A stretch of DNA of 64,000 nucleotides. Source: Candidatus Poribacteria bacterium. GTDB taxonomy: Bacteria; Poribacteria; WGA-4E; WGA-3G. The DNA is taken from the NCBI GenBank assembly GCA_965205015.1, contig OZ242029.1, positions 5,088,001-5,152,000 on the forward strand, read 5' to 3'. Shown here piece by piece: positions 18,899-31,962 of the stretch; position 1 is the stretch's first letter; each line of letters begins with the position of its first letter. The position numbers were made by a program, and so were the translations under genes. Under the pieces are notes generated by a model. The model did no database searches and had not been told where the DNA came from. It worked only from the letters and a program-made list of their open reading frames with translations.

Positions 18899-21127
18899 TT
18901 ACGGGTTCCACCAATAGGTCACTTTGCCGACCAAAGTGGTATCCAGCAATCCCGATGTGATACTGTCTGTCCCATACGTCTGATTGAAAACGAAATAAAA
19001 ATCACTACCGGGTTGGTAGATGTAATTGATTAAGAAGTTCGTGGTAACCAGATTCCGGTCGCTGTTCCATTGCACAAAAAGTTTCGTAAAAAGGTCGGTG
19101 GAAAAGGAATAACCGATACGGCCTCCGAAGACGTTCGTGTCAAATGAACCTTCTGGCAGTGTGACGCGGTTGAACTCGTATCTCGGTTCAAAGCTGAAAC
19201 GTCCGGTGAACCGAAGGTCGAAACGGAGGTCAAATCCGCGTCGGGTACCGTTATAGAAATCTCCAATATTGAACCCAAAGCGTCCGTTGAAGACCTGGCC
19301 TTGAGTGTTGAGCATGAGGTTGTAGTTATTGTAACTGTATTTGCCTCTCGGAATGACAATGCCTTCTCGAATCTCAAAGTCCTCGGTAAGGTTCTCAAAA
19401 TTTCGGTAGATTCGCAGACCGCCAAATCCGTTCGTTTCCAGTTCAAGCCATGTGCTCCAGATAAAGGTTCGCGTTTCGAGTTGATTGTCTGAATTGAGGA
19501 TGATGTCAATCTCCGGTCCGGTCCACAACCGACGGAACCCGTTCCAATGGAGATAAGGCGTCGCTCGCATTTCGCCCCGCAACCATCGACTGCCTGTCCG
19601 ATAGACGTAACCGACTTCGGGGTTGAAATCGTCGCCGATATCCGTATAGGAGGCGTTCACGCGTGCGACTTCGCTCTGCCAATTTCCACCGAGGTAAAGG
19701 GCGTTTGGGTTCTCGGTTGGCAAAGCACTGTTTCCCGGGCGGGCTTGCTTGCTGATTTCGCGCGTTTCAAAGGTGCGTGCCCAGAGGCCTCGGAAATTCA
19801 TTTCGCCGGTCGGACGATAGATGAAGTCAACACCAGTCGCGCGGTTATAGGCATCGAGACCCTGTTTATTAATCCCAATGACGCCGAGGCTCGATCCTGT
19901 GAAAAGATCGCGCTTGATACGCAACACCGAGTAGTTCGTCCTGTTAACATCAACGGCGTCCAAATTTTCCGTGGCATCTGCTGCATACTTATCCGTGTGA
20001 ACGTTCAGCAGCCCCACGCCGAAACCGCCCACTTTACCGGTAAGTTTCCCGCCCGCCATGATCGGGATCGCGTGTCCCTCTTCAATACCGATGCGCCGGC
20101 TATAGAAAAGCAGGAGCGGTGGCGGCGCGTTGAAACTCGTCCGTGGGATACCGAAATCGAATAAGCCTGCACCCTCCAAGAAGAATTGACGTTTCTCAGG
20201 GAAAAAGAGGTTGAACCGTGTCAAATTCGTTTCTTCTCGATCTGCCTCAACCTGTGCGAAGTCTGTATTGACCGTGAGATCCGCAGTGAGATTAGAGGTG
20301 ACACTTACCTTCATGTCGCCCCCGAAATCGAGCACCCCCACTGTGCCTTCCTCCTCTGTCCGAGCGACCCCAGGGAGAAGATACGGCAGAAACTCTATGT
20401 TCCGACGTTGTGAAATCCCGGATAAGCCGGTGAGGGTACCTAAGTCCGTTGTCCGATAGCGTGCGAGATACGTGTAGGCTGCCGGCACGGGTGACCATGT
20501 GCCTTCCTCCTGGTTTTTCCGGATGGTGCGTCCAAGGTTCAACCCCCATGTTGACGTTTCTTCATCCTTGAATCTCAGCTGACTGAACGGAATCGCAATT
20601 TCTGTCGTCCAGTTATCACCATTAATTTTTGCCTGGCTGTCCCAAACCGCATTCCAGTTCTCGTTTCGGCTGTCGCCGCTGTCCATGAGCGCGATATCCT
20701 CGCGCGCGCCGAGCGGATTGACTCGAAAGAAGAACCCACTCCGTCGGTCGTTATAGGTATCCAACAGTACAAAGACATTGTCTTGGTCCCATAACATCGT
20801 ATCGCGCCGCATCTTATTGGCAATAATTTTAGAGCGATCGGGTTCGCTGCAGACGAAACCGAAATAGATGTGTCTTTCATCATAAAGGATGCGAACCTCT
20901 GTGGATTCCGTCAGGGGTTCGCCTGCATCGGGTTCAAACTGAATAAATTGACGGATAGGCGTGGCGTTCTGCCAATCGGGCTCTGAAAGTTCCCCGTCGA
21001 TTTCGATGCTCTCGTAGGTGCGAAATGCCTCTGCTCGAAGTTCGTCAGTGTCGGCGTGTGCACCGGTGCTGATGCAAAGGAGCAGTAGAATTGATAGCCA
21101 TCTACATAGATAGTCCATGGTATCCAA
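18899..21127 (-). CDS. CBM9-like/DUF5916 domain protein
   Basis: IDGELSEPDW, TVNTDFAQVEAD, LFFPEKRQFFLEG and FYSRRIG motifs. Confidence 0.85.
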   Translation of the reverse strand: MDTMDYLCRWLSILLLLCISTGAHADTDELRAEAFRTYESIEIDGELSEPDWQNATPIRQFIQFEPDAGEPLTESTEVRILYDERHIYFGFVCSEPDRSKIIANKMRRDTMLWDQDNVFVLLDTYNDRRSGFFFRVNPLGAREDIALMDSGDSRNENWNAVWDSQAKINGDNWTTEIAIPFSQLRFKDEETSTWGLNLGRTIRKNQEEGTWSPVPAAYTYLARYRTTDLGTLTGLSGISQRRNIEFLPYLLPGVARTEEEGTVGVLDFGGDMKVSVTSNLTADLTVNTDFAQVEADREETNLTRFNLFFPEKRQFFLEGAGLFDFGIPRTSFNAPPPLLLFYSRRIGIEEGHAIPIMAGGKLTGKVGGFGVGLLNVHTDKYAADATENLDAVDVNRTNYSVLRIKRDLFTGSSLGVIGINKQGLDAYNRATGVDFIYRPTGEMNFRGLWARTFETREISKQARPGNSALPTENPNALYLGGNWQSEVARVNASYTDIGDDFNPEVGYVYRTGSRWLRGEMRATPYLHWNGFRRLWTGPEIDIILNSDNQLETRTFIWSTWLELETNGFGGLRIYRNFENLTEDFEIREGIVIPRGKYSYNNYNLMLNTQGQVFNGRFGFNIGDFYNGTRRGFDLRFDLRFTGRFSFEPRYEFNRVTLPEGSFDTNVFGGRIGYSFSTDLFTKLFVQWNSDRNLVTTNFLINYIYQPGSDFYFVFNQTYGTDSITSGLLDTTLVGKVTYWWNP

Positions 21128-21430
21128 AATAGAGACGTACCCTCCCTGATTATCTTAGACTTTATTCTATTATACCACATTTTTTGCAAATCTGCATGTC
21201 TAATCTATACGACTTCCCATAGCCGTTAATTTTAGAAAAATGGGCGTGTTTAGGAACCATTTCGCCCTCTCGGTACTGTCCTATTTTGTGCAGTGCTTGG
21301 ATCGGTTTGCACTATTTCGTGCAGTTTACTGTAGCGGACCCCTAAAAATTCATCTGTATTGGCATTTGGAAGATTGGCACGCGAATTGCTGATACAACAC
21401 CAACGGGTATCGTAGAATCTGAAAGGTATC

Positions 21431-21630
21431 GACTTACGCAGACATGCGATAAATCGCATGACGACAAACAGATATACCTTGGAGGGATATCTGTTTCTCA
21501 AAAGCAGTATGGTTTGTAGTAGCGCACTGGCGCAAGTCGAGTGTGGACTTGCGGTTAACCATCAACTCGCCTCCAATACAATATTCAAAGGAAACCCGAG
21601 TTGCTGGTTAAAATGTGCATTGCGTAAGTC
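21431..21630. mobile_element. 200-bp MITE-like element
   Basis: GACTTACGCA...TGCGTAAGTC terminal inverted repeats with internal hairpins. A similar end lies near 45702-45715. Confidence 0.65.
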
Positions 21631-21672
21631 CTATATAAAACGAAGTGACCCTGATTGATTGCCGACTTAAAC

Positions 21673-21702
21673 TTGTCATACTTAGTGCTATTGGTGTATA
21701 AT
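21673..21702 (+). promoter_or_regulatory. Putative katG promoter
   Basis: TTGTCA-N18-TATAAT. Confidence 0.5.
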
Positions 21703-21895
21703 ATATTAGAAGAATAGGATGTAAACTTCCCTTTTGTAACACTTAGAGTCCGTCTTAAAAGTAGGTGAGATGTTCCTGTTTTGTCATTTCAAAGGCAAAA
21801 TCCACCCATTTTTTAGGGCATTTATCCGTAAAATAACAACTTTCAGAGATCCATTTGGATTGTTCAAACAAGTGCTTGGGGAGATTACGTCATAG

Positions 21896-24103
<2,208 letters not shown>

Positions 24104-24124
24104 TCTCGGTAAGGTAGTGCATGA

Positions 24125-24158
24125 CAGTGGGAGCGTGGAACTTTCATGCTCCCACTGC
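24125..24158 (+). terminator. Stem-loop downstream of katG
   Basis: CAGTGGGAGCGTGGA/TTCATGCTCCCACTG inverted repeat. No clear U-tract. Confidence 0.55.
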
Positions 24159-24330
24159 TACCCCTCCAAAACTAAATCCAGTCTATTCCCCGACCAAATC
24201 CTCTAACCGCACCCGTCTTTCCTAATCACCCGTGTCAATTCACCAACTGACATAAGACTGCCCTTGCAGGAGCGATCTCCGAATCGCGATGCTCCCTTGA
24301 CTTTTCTGTCAGATATGTTATCATTTCCTT

Positions 24331-25638
24331 ATGAAAAACGATAAGAAAACAATCTTCGGGTGGTGCATGTATGACTGCGCGAATTCAGCCTATATTACGA
24401 CTGTGATCGCTGCCATATTGCCGAATTATTTTGCGAAAGCCATTGTAGGCGAGGCAGGTGTGGACATTCTCGGTATGAACGTAAGCGCGACAGCCTTGTG
24501 GGGCTATATGTTGGGAACCGCGGCGTTCTGCGTATTCCTCTTCGCACCTGTGCTTGGGGCGATTGCCGATTTCTCTGCCGCAAAAAAACGGTTTCTTATG
24601 GGATTTGCGTATATGGGCAGTATCTTCGCAACGCTGCTCTATTTTTGCAAGTCTGGCGATGTCGGATTGACGATTGTGCTATTTCTCGGTTCTCAAATTT
24701 GCTTTGTCGGCGGTAATGTGTTCTACGATGCGTTCTTACCACAGATCGCCTCCGAGGACACACTGGATTCCGTTTCTGCCCGAGGATATGCGTTCGGGTA
24801 TGTCGGCGGCTCGCTACAATTTACCATTGCCCTCGCCCTCGTCGCCACGCAAAAGACACCGGAAAGCCAAGCAATGGCGGCACGCATCGGGATGGCGATG
24901 ACGGGTATCTGGTGGGCAGGTTGGACGCTGTTGACGCTAAAATACCTAAAAGAGGAAAAAACGTCGTATCAACTTCCGGAGGCACACCGCAACACACCGA
25001 AACCTATCGCCTATCTCACCCTCGGCATCCGTCGGACACTTTCAACCGCGAAACGGGTCGGACGCTTTAAACACCTCACACTCTTCCTCATCGCCTATAT
25101 GATATACAACGACGGGATCCATACCGTTACCAGCATGGCGACAATCTACGGCACAGAAGAATTAGGGCTTTCGACGACGGCGCTCATGGTCACGCTTCTG
25201 TTGGTGCAAGTCGTTGCGATAGGGGGTGCCTTGATCTTCAGTCGGCTCGCAAGTCGTATCGGTGCGAGACGCTCCGTGATGTTCGCCTTGGTCTTATGGA
25301 GTGGCGTTGTTACATACGGATATTTCATTCACACCGCAACAGAGTTCTTTGTTCTGGGGATGGTTGTGGGGCTTGTGCTCGGTGGGACACAAGCGTTGAG
25401 CCGTTCCTTCTATGGCGCGATGATTCCAGAGCAGGCGAGTGCGGAGTTTTACGGATTCTATTCTGTCTTTAGTAAATTTTCGTCGATTTGGGGACCCGTA
25501 ACGTTCAGTGTTATCGAACAGATCACCGGCAGCGCACGCCTCGCCATCATTTCATTGATGATTTTCTTTATTGTGGGGTTGGTTCTGTTGGGATTTGTAG
25601 ATGAGGAAAAGGCGAAAGCGAATAAACTCGCGTTTTAG
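24331..25638 (+). CDS. MFS transporter (Atg22/UMF1-like)
   Basis: GWCMYD.ANSAY, FYDAFLP, YNDG and QALSRS motifs, ~12 TM segments. Confidence 0.88.
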   Translation: MKNDKKTIFGWCMYDCANSAYITTVIAAILPNYFAKAIVGEAGVDILGMNVSATALWGYMLGTAAFCVFLFAPVLGAIADFSAAKKRFLMGFAYMGSIFATLLYFCKSGDVGLTIVLFLGSQICFVGGNVFYDAFLPQIASEDTLDSVSARGYAFGYVGGSLQFTIALALVATQKTPESQAMAARIGMAMTGIWWAGWTLLTLKYLKEEKTSYQLPEAHRNTPKPIAYLTLGIRRTLSTAKRVGRFKHLTLFLIAYMIYNDGIHTVTSMATIYGTEELGLSTTALMVTLLLVQVVAIGGALIFSRLASRIGARRSVMFALVLWSGVVTYGYFIHTATEFFVLGMVVGLVLGGTQALSRSFYGAMIPEQASAEFYGFYSVFSKFSSIWGPVTFSVIEQITGSARLAIISLMIFFIVGLVLLGFVDEEKAKANKLAF

Positions 25639-25778
25639 GGGTTCCTCTGTTTTGGATTTAGGGTAGGTTTGTAGGCGTGCGATTTATCGCACTGCCTTGC
25701 GGCGAGGGAACGGGCAATGAATTGCCCTACTACGAACAGGAAAAAAAGGGACGGCACCAGACCGTCCCCTACGTTTGG

Positions 25779-26654
25779 TTAATTCGTCAGCTCGAAAATA
25801 ATCGGGAGTTCGAGTCGCAAGCTGTTCCCCTCCTGTCCTTCGGGGAAAGGCGGATACGGCACGGCATTTTGGACGGCGGCGATCGCTGCGTTATCCAATG
25901 CCGTTAAACCGGAAGAATCTGTGACCGTCGGATTTTGAATCGTGCCGTCTTTGAAAAGCGTGAACCGAACGGTTGTGCTGGCACCCTCGTCTAAATTTCG
26001 GACACGGGGTGGGAAGCGTTGCACCTGTTTGATTCGGTCCCGAACCGCTTTTAAGAACTCGTTAAAGGACTGTTTCGCATCTCCTAAGTTGACAGAGGCG
26101 AGTTCCAGATTGCCTGGATCGTTGAATTCGGTTTGTGCGAGACTTGTTCCCATATCCATTCTTGTGACCAAGCTTGTGTTCTGAAACTTCGGCACTTCAA
26201 ACTTCGGCAGTGTTGTAACGATATTTGTCTGTTGTCGAGTGGCTCTGAACAGATTTTTGCCGATCCCTGTCGTGCTGGGTGCCATAATGGGGCGCGTAGA
26301 AACATCGCTCGTCGGCAGTGTAAAACGCGCGTTGCCCACCGGGATTTTAGCACTCGTTGTAACAGCCTGCCCTTTGGGTGCCCGGACCTTAGAAAACTTC
26401 GGTTTTTGGGGTTTTCGTGCTGCGCGGGGTGGGGTCCGGCGTTTCGGTTGTGGTTTCTCGGCTTCCAAAACGACACTCTCTACTTTATCATTGTGCATCT
26501 CCAAGACGGTTTTCTGAATAAAGTAGATACCCCCAGCGATAATCCCGATGACGTGCAGTCCGATGGCGAAACTCCATGCGATCCGGATCGCTTTCCTCTT
26601 CCGTTGTTGGGCGGCTTCTCGGTTCTGCCGCTGAACATCGGTAATTGTCCTCAT
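25779..26654 (-). CDS. TonB-family energy transducer
   Basis: N-terminal SxxxH TM helix, Pro/Lys-rich linker, C-terminal SSG..ALDNAAIAAV..A.P.PPFP. Confidence 0.8.
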   Translation of the reverse strand: MRTITDVQRQNREAAQQRKRKAIRIAWSFAIGLHVIGIIAGGIYFIQKTVLEMHNDKVESVVLEAEKPQPKRRTPPRAARKPQKPKFSKVRAPKGQAVTTSAKIPVGNARFTLPTSDVSTRPIMAPSTTGIGKNLFRATRQQTNIVTTLPKFEVPKFQNTSLVTRMDMGTSLAQTEFNDPGNLELASVNLGDAKQSFNEFLKAVRDRIKQVQRFPPRVRNLDEGASTTVRFTLFKDGTIQNPTVTDSSGLTALDNAAIAAVQNAVPYPPFPEGQEGNSLRLELPIIFELTN

Positions 26655-26726
26655 ATGTTTCTCCTCCCGTTCCTTTCAACACCCTATAGGCGTGCTTTGG
26701 TAGGGGCTGGGTTACCCAGCCCGTAC

Positions 26727-27245
26727 TTAGTCTTCGTAGCTCAGTAACTTATATCTATCGTTTTTAACAACGACCGAGCCGAGAATCTTCAATTCCCGTT
26801 TTTCGCCAGCGGCGTTCTGTAACGTCAAAACGGTTCCACGCAAAAGTTGGAACCCTTCATAAGTCTCTGTGGGTCGATCGAAGCGGATGTCAACAAACTT
26901 CAGATTTACTCCTCCGAAGTGCGCGATCCACTTTTTCATACCGATATTACATTTTTTGTTAAGATTCGACCAAGCGAAATCTCTTGGGAAATTGTTCGGT
27001 GGACGGCTTGCCGGAAATGCGGGCCAAATCCAATCAAGGTATTCCTCACGTTGCACACGCAGGCGGTCTAACTGCTCAATATCTTTCCGGTTCAGGGCGT
27101 CAACGACTGCCAGACCGAGGTGGCCTGGCGAGTCGAGACTATTTTTCCAAACCCGTCTCTCACATCCTACGAACCCGCTATAGACAACCACGACGGTTAG
27201 GAGAAGGTGAGAGGCGTGAACGGTGCGTTCGCTAATTCTGCGCAC
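26727..27245 (-). CDS. Hypothetical (lipo)protein
   Basis: Hydrophobic N-terminus with FVGC. Overlaps the upstream gene's stop, suggesting an operon. Confidence 0.6.
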   Translation of the reverse strand: MRRISERTVHASHLLLTVVVVYSGFVGCERRVWKNSLDSPGHLGLAVVDALNRKDIEQLDRLRVQREEYLDWIWPAFPASRPPNNFPRDFAWSNLNKKCNIGMKKWIAHFGGVNLKFVDIRFDRPTETYEGFQLLRGTVLTLQNAAGEKRELKILGSVVVKNDRYKLLSYED

Positions 27246-28605
27246 TCGTTGTCCATCCTATGGTCCAATTGTTGCTTGGACTCACGCCACCGACGAAGTC
27301 AACCTGTTCAAAGAACCCATCGGCAGGAGGGCTTACGGGCGTTACCGCGTTTGCACCCGCGCCGGGTGTGAAGTTCGGGGCGGACTTGTTAAAAGGTGCT
27401 GCCAAACCGGGATCAACTTCTTTATTTCCGTTGGCAGCGGCGAAACCGGCTTCATCGAATCCATCGTCGTCCTTCTCATCGCCGAAGTTGCCTTTTCCAT
27501 TTTCAAAGAAAATACTGTTTTTGACAACCAGTTTACCGCTATCTGCTTGCGCGTGGGTCGCTTCGTTGTTGATATCGAGTCCAACTTTATTAAAGCCGGT
27601 AACGATGAAGTTTGCGAATGTGCCAGCAGCCCCTTCACGAATCAGCATACCGTTGTCGCTTTCCGGACCAGACGGATCCCCGACGAGCGTTGCGTTGTAG
27701 ATCGTCGCGGCGGAACGGGGTTGTGCCTCATTGTCTTTACTGCTGTTGTCGACTTCAAAGCCGTTATCCGCGTCGTCGCCGTACTGCTGCACGACGAGGA
27801 ACTGTGCTTTACCTGTCCAGCCGTCTGTCCAGTCGAAGGAGTCGTCGCGTGCCCCAGTAACCATGACATACTTGAGGTTAACGGTACCACCGAACATCTC
27901 AACGCCATCGTCTTGGTTCATGTGGACTTGGACATGATCCACGACGGTACCAGATCCGACCCCTTGGAAGGCGATCCCGTTCAATTCGTTGTCAGGACTG
28001 AATTCGATACCTGCGTATTCGACACGGACGTATTGAAGGACCCCGCTGCTGTCGGCAGGATTGTTGCCACCGAAGGCACCTGTGTCACCTTCACCGAAAG
28101 TTATGCCTTGGTTCGTAGGCGCGCTACCGTTGACAATCAAACCACCCCACTGTCCGCGTCCCCGGGCTCCTATCGCTGCATCGCTGGACATAACAATCGG
28201 TGCGGAGGCTGTGCCTTGTGCCATGATCTTAGAACCTTGGGTAATGATGAGCGTACCATTGGTTGCCTGTTCGCCGTAAATTTGGACACCCGCCTCAATC
28301 GTTAGCGTTGCACCGCCTTCGACAAAGACTGCACCGCGGAGGAGATAATCGTAAGCCGAAGTGAGCGTTTTATCGGCGTTCAATCTGCCTTCAAGAACGA
28401 CGACTTGACGCCCATCAACATCGATAATGGTTTCTTCCGCAACTGCTGCGTCTTCCTCGTGGTCGTGTGCGTCTTCCTCGTCGCTACCACAACCAACATA
28501 AGCGATGGCTAATCCAACCGTGAAAATGACCGTTAGCAGAAACAGCCAATTTTGATATAAACCCCTTCTTCCTGTGGATGCAGGGGCGGACCCAATATTT
28601 AACAT
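27232..28605 (-). CDS. Lipoprotein with beta-helix repeats, TBDR-associated
   Basis: Lipobox YVGC. GQWGGLIV.G, DSSGVLQYVRVEYAG, DDGVEMFGGTV and DDSFDW motifs. Confidence 0.8.
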   Translation of the reverse strand: MLNIGSAPASTGRRGLYQNWLFLLTVIFTVGLAIAYVGCGSDEEDAHDHEEDAAVAEETIIDVDGRQVVVLEGRLNADKTLTSAYDYLLRGAVFVEGGATLTIEAGVQIYGEQATNGTLIITQGSKIMAQGTASAPIVMSSDAAIGARGRGQWGGLIVNGSAPTNQGITFGEGDTGAFGGNNPADSSGVLQYVRVEYAGIEFSPDNELNGIAFQGVGSGTVVDHVQVHMNQDDGVEMFGGTVNLKYVMVTGARDDSFDWTDGWTGKAQFLVVQQYGDDADNGFEVDNSSKDNEAQPRSAATIYNATLVGDPSGPESDNGMLIREGAAGTFANFIVTGFNKVGLDINNEATHAQADSGKLVVKNSIFFENGKGNFGDEKDDDGFDEAGFAAANGNKEVDPGLAAPFNKSAPNFTPGAGANAVTPVSPPADGFFEQVDFVGGVSPSNNWTIGWTTSAQN

Positions 28606-28739
28606 TAGCTAACTAAGCTCCTTTTTTTATTTTTTTCTGTGCCTAACCGATCCTACGGACAGGCATCGAGGGTCGCGACTCGGCGGTACACATCGCCGTT
28701 AATTTTTTTAGTCGCTATTGTAAATTTCCTTACCCTTAA

Positions 28740-28773
28740 AGAATACCGACAGATTGTTACAAAAAAATGACAA
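28740..28773 (-). promoter_or_regulatory. Pho-box-like site with -10 element
   Basis: Minus strand reads TTGTCAT-TTTT-TTGTAAC-N10-TATTCT, matching PhoB box geometry. Confidence 0.55.
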
Positions 28774-28873
28774 TCCTATGCGTTTTTTGCATTCTGAAAT
28801 GGCTATCGGTTAAAGGATTTTCGTCTAACGAAGGTCTCTTGTTACCGACAGCTGATCACTGACAACGGTTCTC

Positions 28874-31723
28874 CTATAAGTTGTAGCTGATCCCAAACGA
28901 GAACGCTCTACCGAGTTTATACTCAAGATAGGTTGCGTCTCCTATCTTGTAATGGACGTAGGGGTTGAGTAGATTTTTCGCTGAAACGCTGAATTTGAAA
29001 TAGTTCGCAACCGTCCGACTAAAACTCACATCCAATTGCCCGCGGGGTTGCTCATAGACATCTGGCACACCGTGGTTCCCCACCTCAGAGAGCCTGCGTC
29101 CGAAGATGTTATATGCGATTGCACTGGAAATGCCCCAGTTGGGGTCTTCAAAACCGATGGAGGCGTTGATGATGTAAGGACACTGTCCCTGTAGCGGGCG
29201 TTCAGAAGAGGTCTGAATGCCGACATCCTCCGGCAAGACGACTTGCGAGGAGATCAGAGCGGCGTTTGTGTTAATCGAAAATTTACGCAGTGCCTCTGTG
29301 AGAATGCCTAAATTCTGGCGCGCTTCTAACTCCAAACCGTAGTTGTTGGCGCCTTCAGCATTTTCGTAGGTAATCCGGACTTCCGCCTGTGGTTGAACGA
29401 TCTGCTCAATCGGTTTTTGGAACCGCTTATAGAACGCACTCACCGCCAAAATGCCACCGATCTGCGGAAAAGTTTCCCACCGGAAATCGAAGTTGTCGAT
29501 CTGGGTCCGCTCCAATTCCGGATTGCCAAGGATTGTTCTCCCACCGACGAAGTCTGTGAACTCAAAGGGTGCCAGTTCTCGGAAATCGGGACGCGTAATT
29601 GTTCGGGATGCTGCGAGACGTAGATTCATCCGTTCTGTGAGGCGATACGTTACATTCAGCCCCGGCAACCAATCACGTGTTTCCAAATTCGCTTGGATCT
29701 CCTTTCGAGAAGCGGTGAACGGGTCGTAGGTGGTAACCGTTTGATCCGAAGACTCCAATCGGACGCCCGTCATGACCTGCCATTTCGCCGTAATCGGTAG
29801 ATCCAGCATCAGGTAGCTTGCGTAGATATTGTGCCCTGCGAGGTAGTTGTCCGTCGAACGCGTGGATTCTCGCAATTCAAAAACGCGCGGTGCTATGTTT
29901 TGCGCTTGGAAAAGTATTTCGGGCGGATCGGATAGATTGACGGTTGCGTCTACTTGGTCAGCAGGTAGGAATCTAAATCTGCGGACATCAAACGTCCGGG
30001 CCCTGTCTCGTAAGAGTCCTCCGAATTTGAAGAGACCTTCAGCACCGAGTGGGATTTTCCAGTCAAGGCGTGCGTTGTATTCATCGTCCTCAAGATCAAA
30101 GAAGAACCTGCTCCCGCTATGTGTGACATCTCGGAATGTGAAGGTTCCATCGCCTCGATCTTCATAGATATTCTCACGTGTGTCGGGTTCATCGCGCGAG
30201 GCACGCGAGTAGGTGAGTCGCCACTCCATAGAGACATCGGGCTGTTCTGGACCTTCTAATACGGGTTCTCCAAAGTTAAAATCGTGCATTCCGGCGAGTT
30301 GTCCAGAGAAGAGTTGACGTTCAACGTAACGGAGCCGCGTGCTTTGCATATCCGTATTTCTGTCGGCGTTGAACCCTGCCCAGGTACGGGTCTCATCTTC
30401 AGCGGTATGTGTGAAAAGTGTTTTTATACTCAGCAGATGTTCCGGGGAGAAACGCAGACTGGCATTTAGCACACTCCCCCAGTCCACTTCGTTGCCACTT
30501 CGTTCGACGTTATAAGAGGTTACAGGGGAAAGCGTCTGGTTCAAACCGATACGGAAAGCATTGCGGACCTGTGTGCCGTAACTATGGCTATTGCCATAAG
30601 AGATGACACCTAAGTAGCCGAATTCTTTACCGAAGAGTTTGTTACTATTCCCAAGGCTGAATTTATAGCCTTGATTGACGGGTACCTGTCGTCGTTCTGG
30701 GGACCAGACGTTAGAGAACGATTGTCCGAACTCCTGGATTTCTTTGGGGCTGAATCCTAAAGGTGTAAAACGCCCACGTTCTCGAATCGGTAAATCGGCT
30801 GCCTCATCTCGGACGATGTTCGGTAGCGCACGCGAACCATCATCGAATCCTAAAAAGTCTAAACCACCCCCCGGGTACGTCAAGCCCTCTTCACCTGTCG
30901 CCTGTGTGTTAAAACCGCTTGACATCGAGAGCGACATGGTCAATTCTTCTGGAAAATCTTTGGTGAACACTTGGACAGAACCCCCAGCGAAACCTCCGGG
31001 TTGGTCGGGCGAGAAGGTTTTGACTGTCTGGAGACTTGCGAGGAGACTTGCTGGAAAGATGTCCATGGGCACAACTCGGCGGTTCGGCTCAGGACTGGGG
31101 ATCTCAACGTTGTTAAGGAGGGTATTACTGTAGCGTTCTCCCAACCCGCGGACAAACACGTAACGTCCGCCGACAATGCTGACCCCTGTCACCCGTTTGA
31201 TAGCCTCACCGGCAGATGAGGCAGGCAGTCTGCTAATCTCTTCTGTACTAATACTATCTTCAATTCGTGAGCTACGCATCCGTTTTTCGAGGAGACCTCG
31301 TTCACTGGATTGGCTCAGCCGCACGGGTAACTTGATGGCATCGAGTTTTACCACTTGTGGGGTCAGTTTGATTTGAAGGGGGGCGGGTGCCGCTCCTGTG
31401 ATTACCTGAAAATCGGTAATGACAAAAGTGTTATAAAACGGTGCGCTTGCATGAATTTTATAAGTGCCACTCGGCAACGCCAGCGAAAATGCCCCTGTTT
31501 CATCCGTTTTGACCCGAATCTGTGTGTCTGTGACCCGAATTGATACTTCTGCTATCGGCGTTTCGGTGTCGCTATCTATAACGGTCCCTGTTATCTTGAC
31601 TGCCTGTTGCGTTTCGTGGTTATCAGCACTGACTTCTCCGAATACAAGTCCGATGCTAAGCACCAAAAGCAACAAGGTTCCGATGCGGAACCGTTCCCGG
31701 AAGGGTGGAACTTGCAAGCCCAT
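28874..31723 (-). CDS. TonB-dependent receptor
   Basis: N-terminal carboxypeptidase-regulatory-like domain, plug VRGLGERY, RPDFRELAPF, GNPEL, C-terminal YNL. Confidence 0.92.
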   Translation of the reverse strand: MGLQVPPFRERFRIGTLLLLVLSIGLVFGEVSADNHETQQAVKITGTVIDSDTETPIAEVSIRVTDTQIRVKTDETGAFSLALPSGTYKIHASAPFYNTFVITDFQVITGAAPAPLQIKLTPQVVKLDAIKLPVRLSQSSERGLLEKRMRSSRIEDSISTEEISRLPASSAGEAIKRVTGVSIVGGRYVFVRGLGERYSNTLLNNVEIPSPEPNRRVVPMDIFPASLLASLQTVKTFSPDQPGGFAGGSVQVFTKDFPEELTMSLSMSSGFNTQATGEEGLTYPGGGLDFLGFDDGSRALPNIVRDEAADLPIRERGRFTPLGFSPKEIQEFGQSFSNVWSPERRQVPVNQGYKFSLGNSNKLFGKEFGYLGVISYGNSHSYGTQVRNAFRIGLNQTLSPVTSYNVERSGNEVDWGSVLNASLRFSPEHLLSIKTLFTHTAEDETRTWAGFNADRNTDMQSTRLRYVERQLFSGQLAGMHDFNFGEPVLEGPEQPDVSMEWRLTYSRASRDEPDTRENIYEDRGDGTFTFRDVTHSGSRFFFDLEDDEYNARLDWKIPLGAEGLFKFGGLLRDRARTFDVRRFRFLPADQVDATVNLSDPPEILFQAQNIAPRVFELRESTRSTDNYLAGHNIYASYLMLDLPITAKWQVMTGVRLESSDQTVTTYDPFTASRKEIQANLETRDWLPGLNVTYRLTERMNLRLAASRTITRPDFRELAPFEFTDFVGGRTILGNPELERTQIDNFDFRWETFPQIGGILAVSAFYKRFQKPIEQIVQPQAEVRITYENAEGANNYGLELEARQNLGILTEALRKFSINTNAALISSQVVLPEDVGIQTSSERPLQGQCPYIINASIGFEDPNWGISSAIAYNIFGRRLSEVGNHGVPDVYEQPRGQLDVSFSRTVANYFKFSVSAKNLLNPYVHYKIGDATYLEYKLGRAFSFGISYNL

Positions 31724-31962
31724 ATTAAGAAATCCTCTCCTTTTGTGCGGTTGTCCTTTATGACTGGTGTTCCGCCAACATGTCTGTTCTCAATGCTATT
31801 CCAATGGTTAGAAGAATTATAATCTTCAAATGCAACAAAAGTGTGTAATTTTTTTGTTAAAAAGTAGAAAAAACGCTTTCTGTTTTCATTTGATATTTTC
31901 TCATAGAAAAGATATAATAATTATTAAGAATAGGCTGTTATCGTTGGACGAAAGGTAAATTG

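Noticed and set aside
27223-28305. 360-aa plus-strand ORF
   Set aside because: Antisense shadow of the lipoprotein gene with no recognisable motifs.
31816-31862. Second Pho box upstream of the TBDR
   Set aside because: A TATAAT is present on the minus strand, but the upstream repeats match the consensus too weakly.
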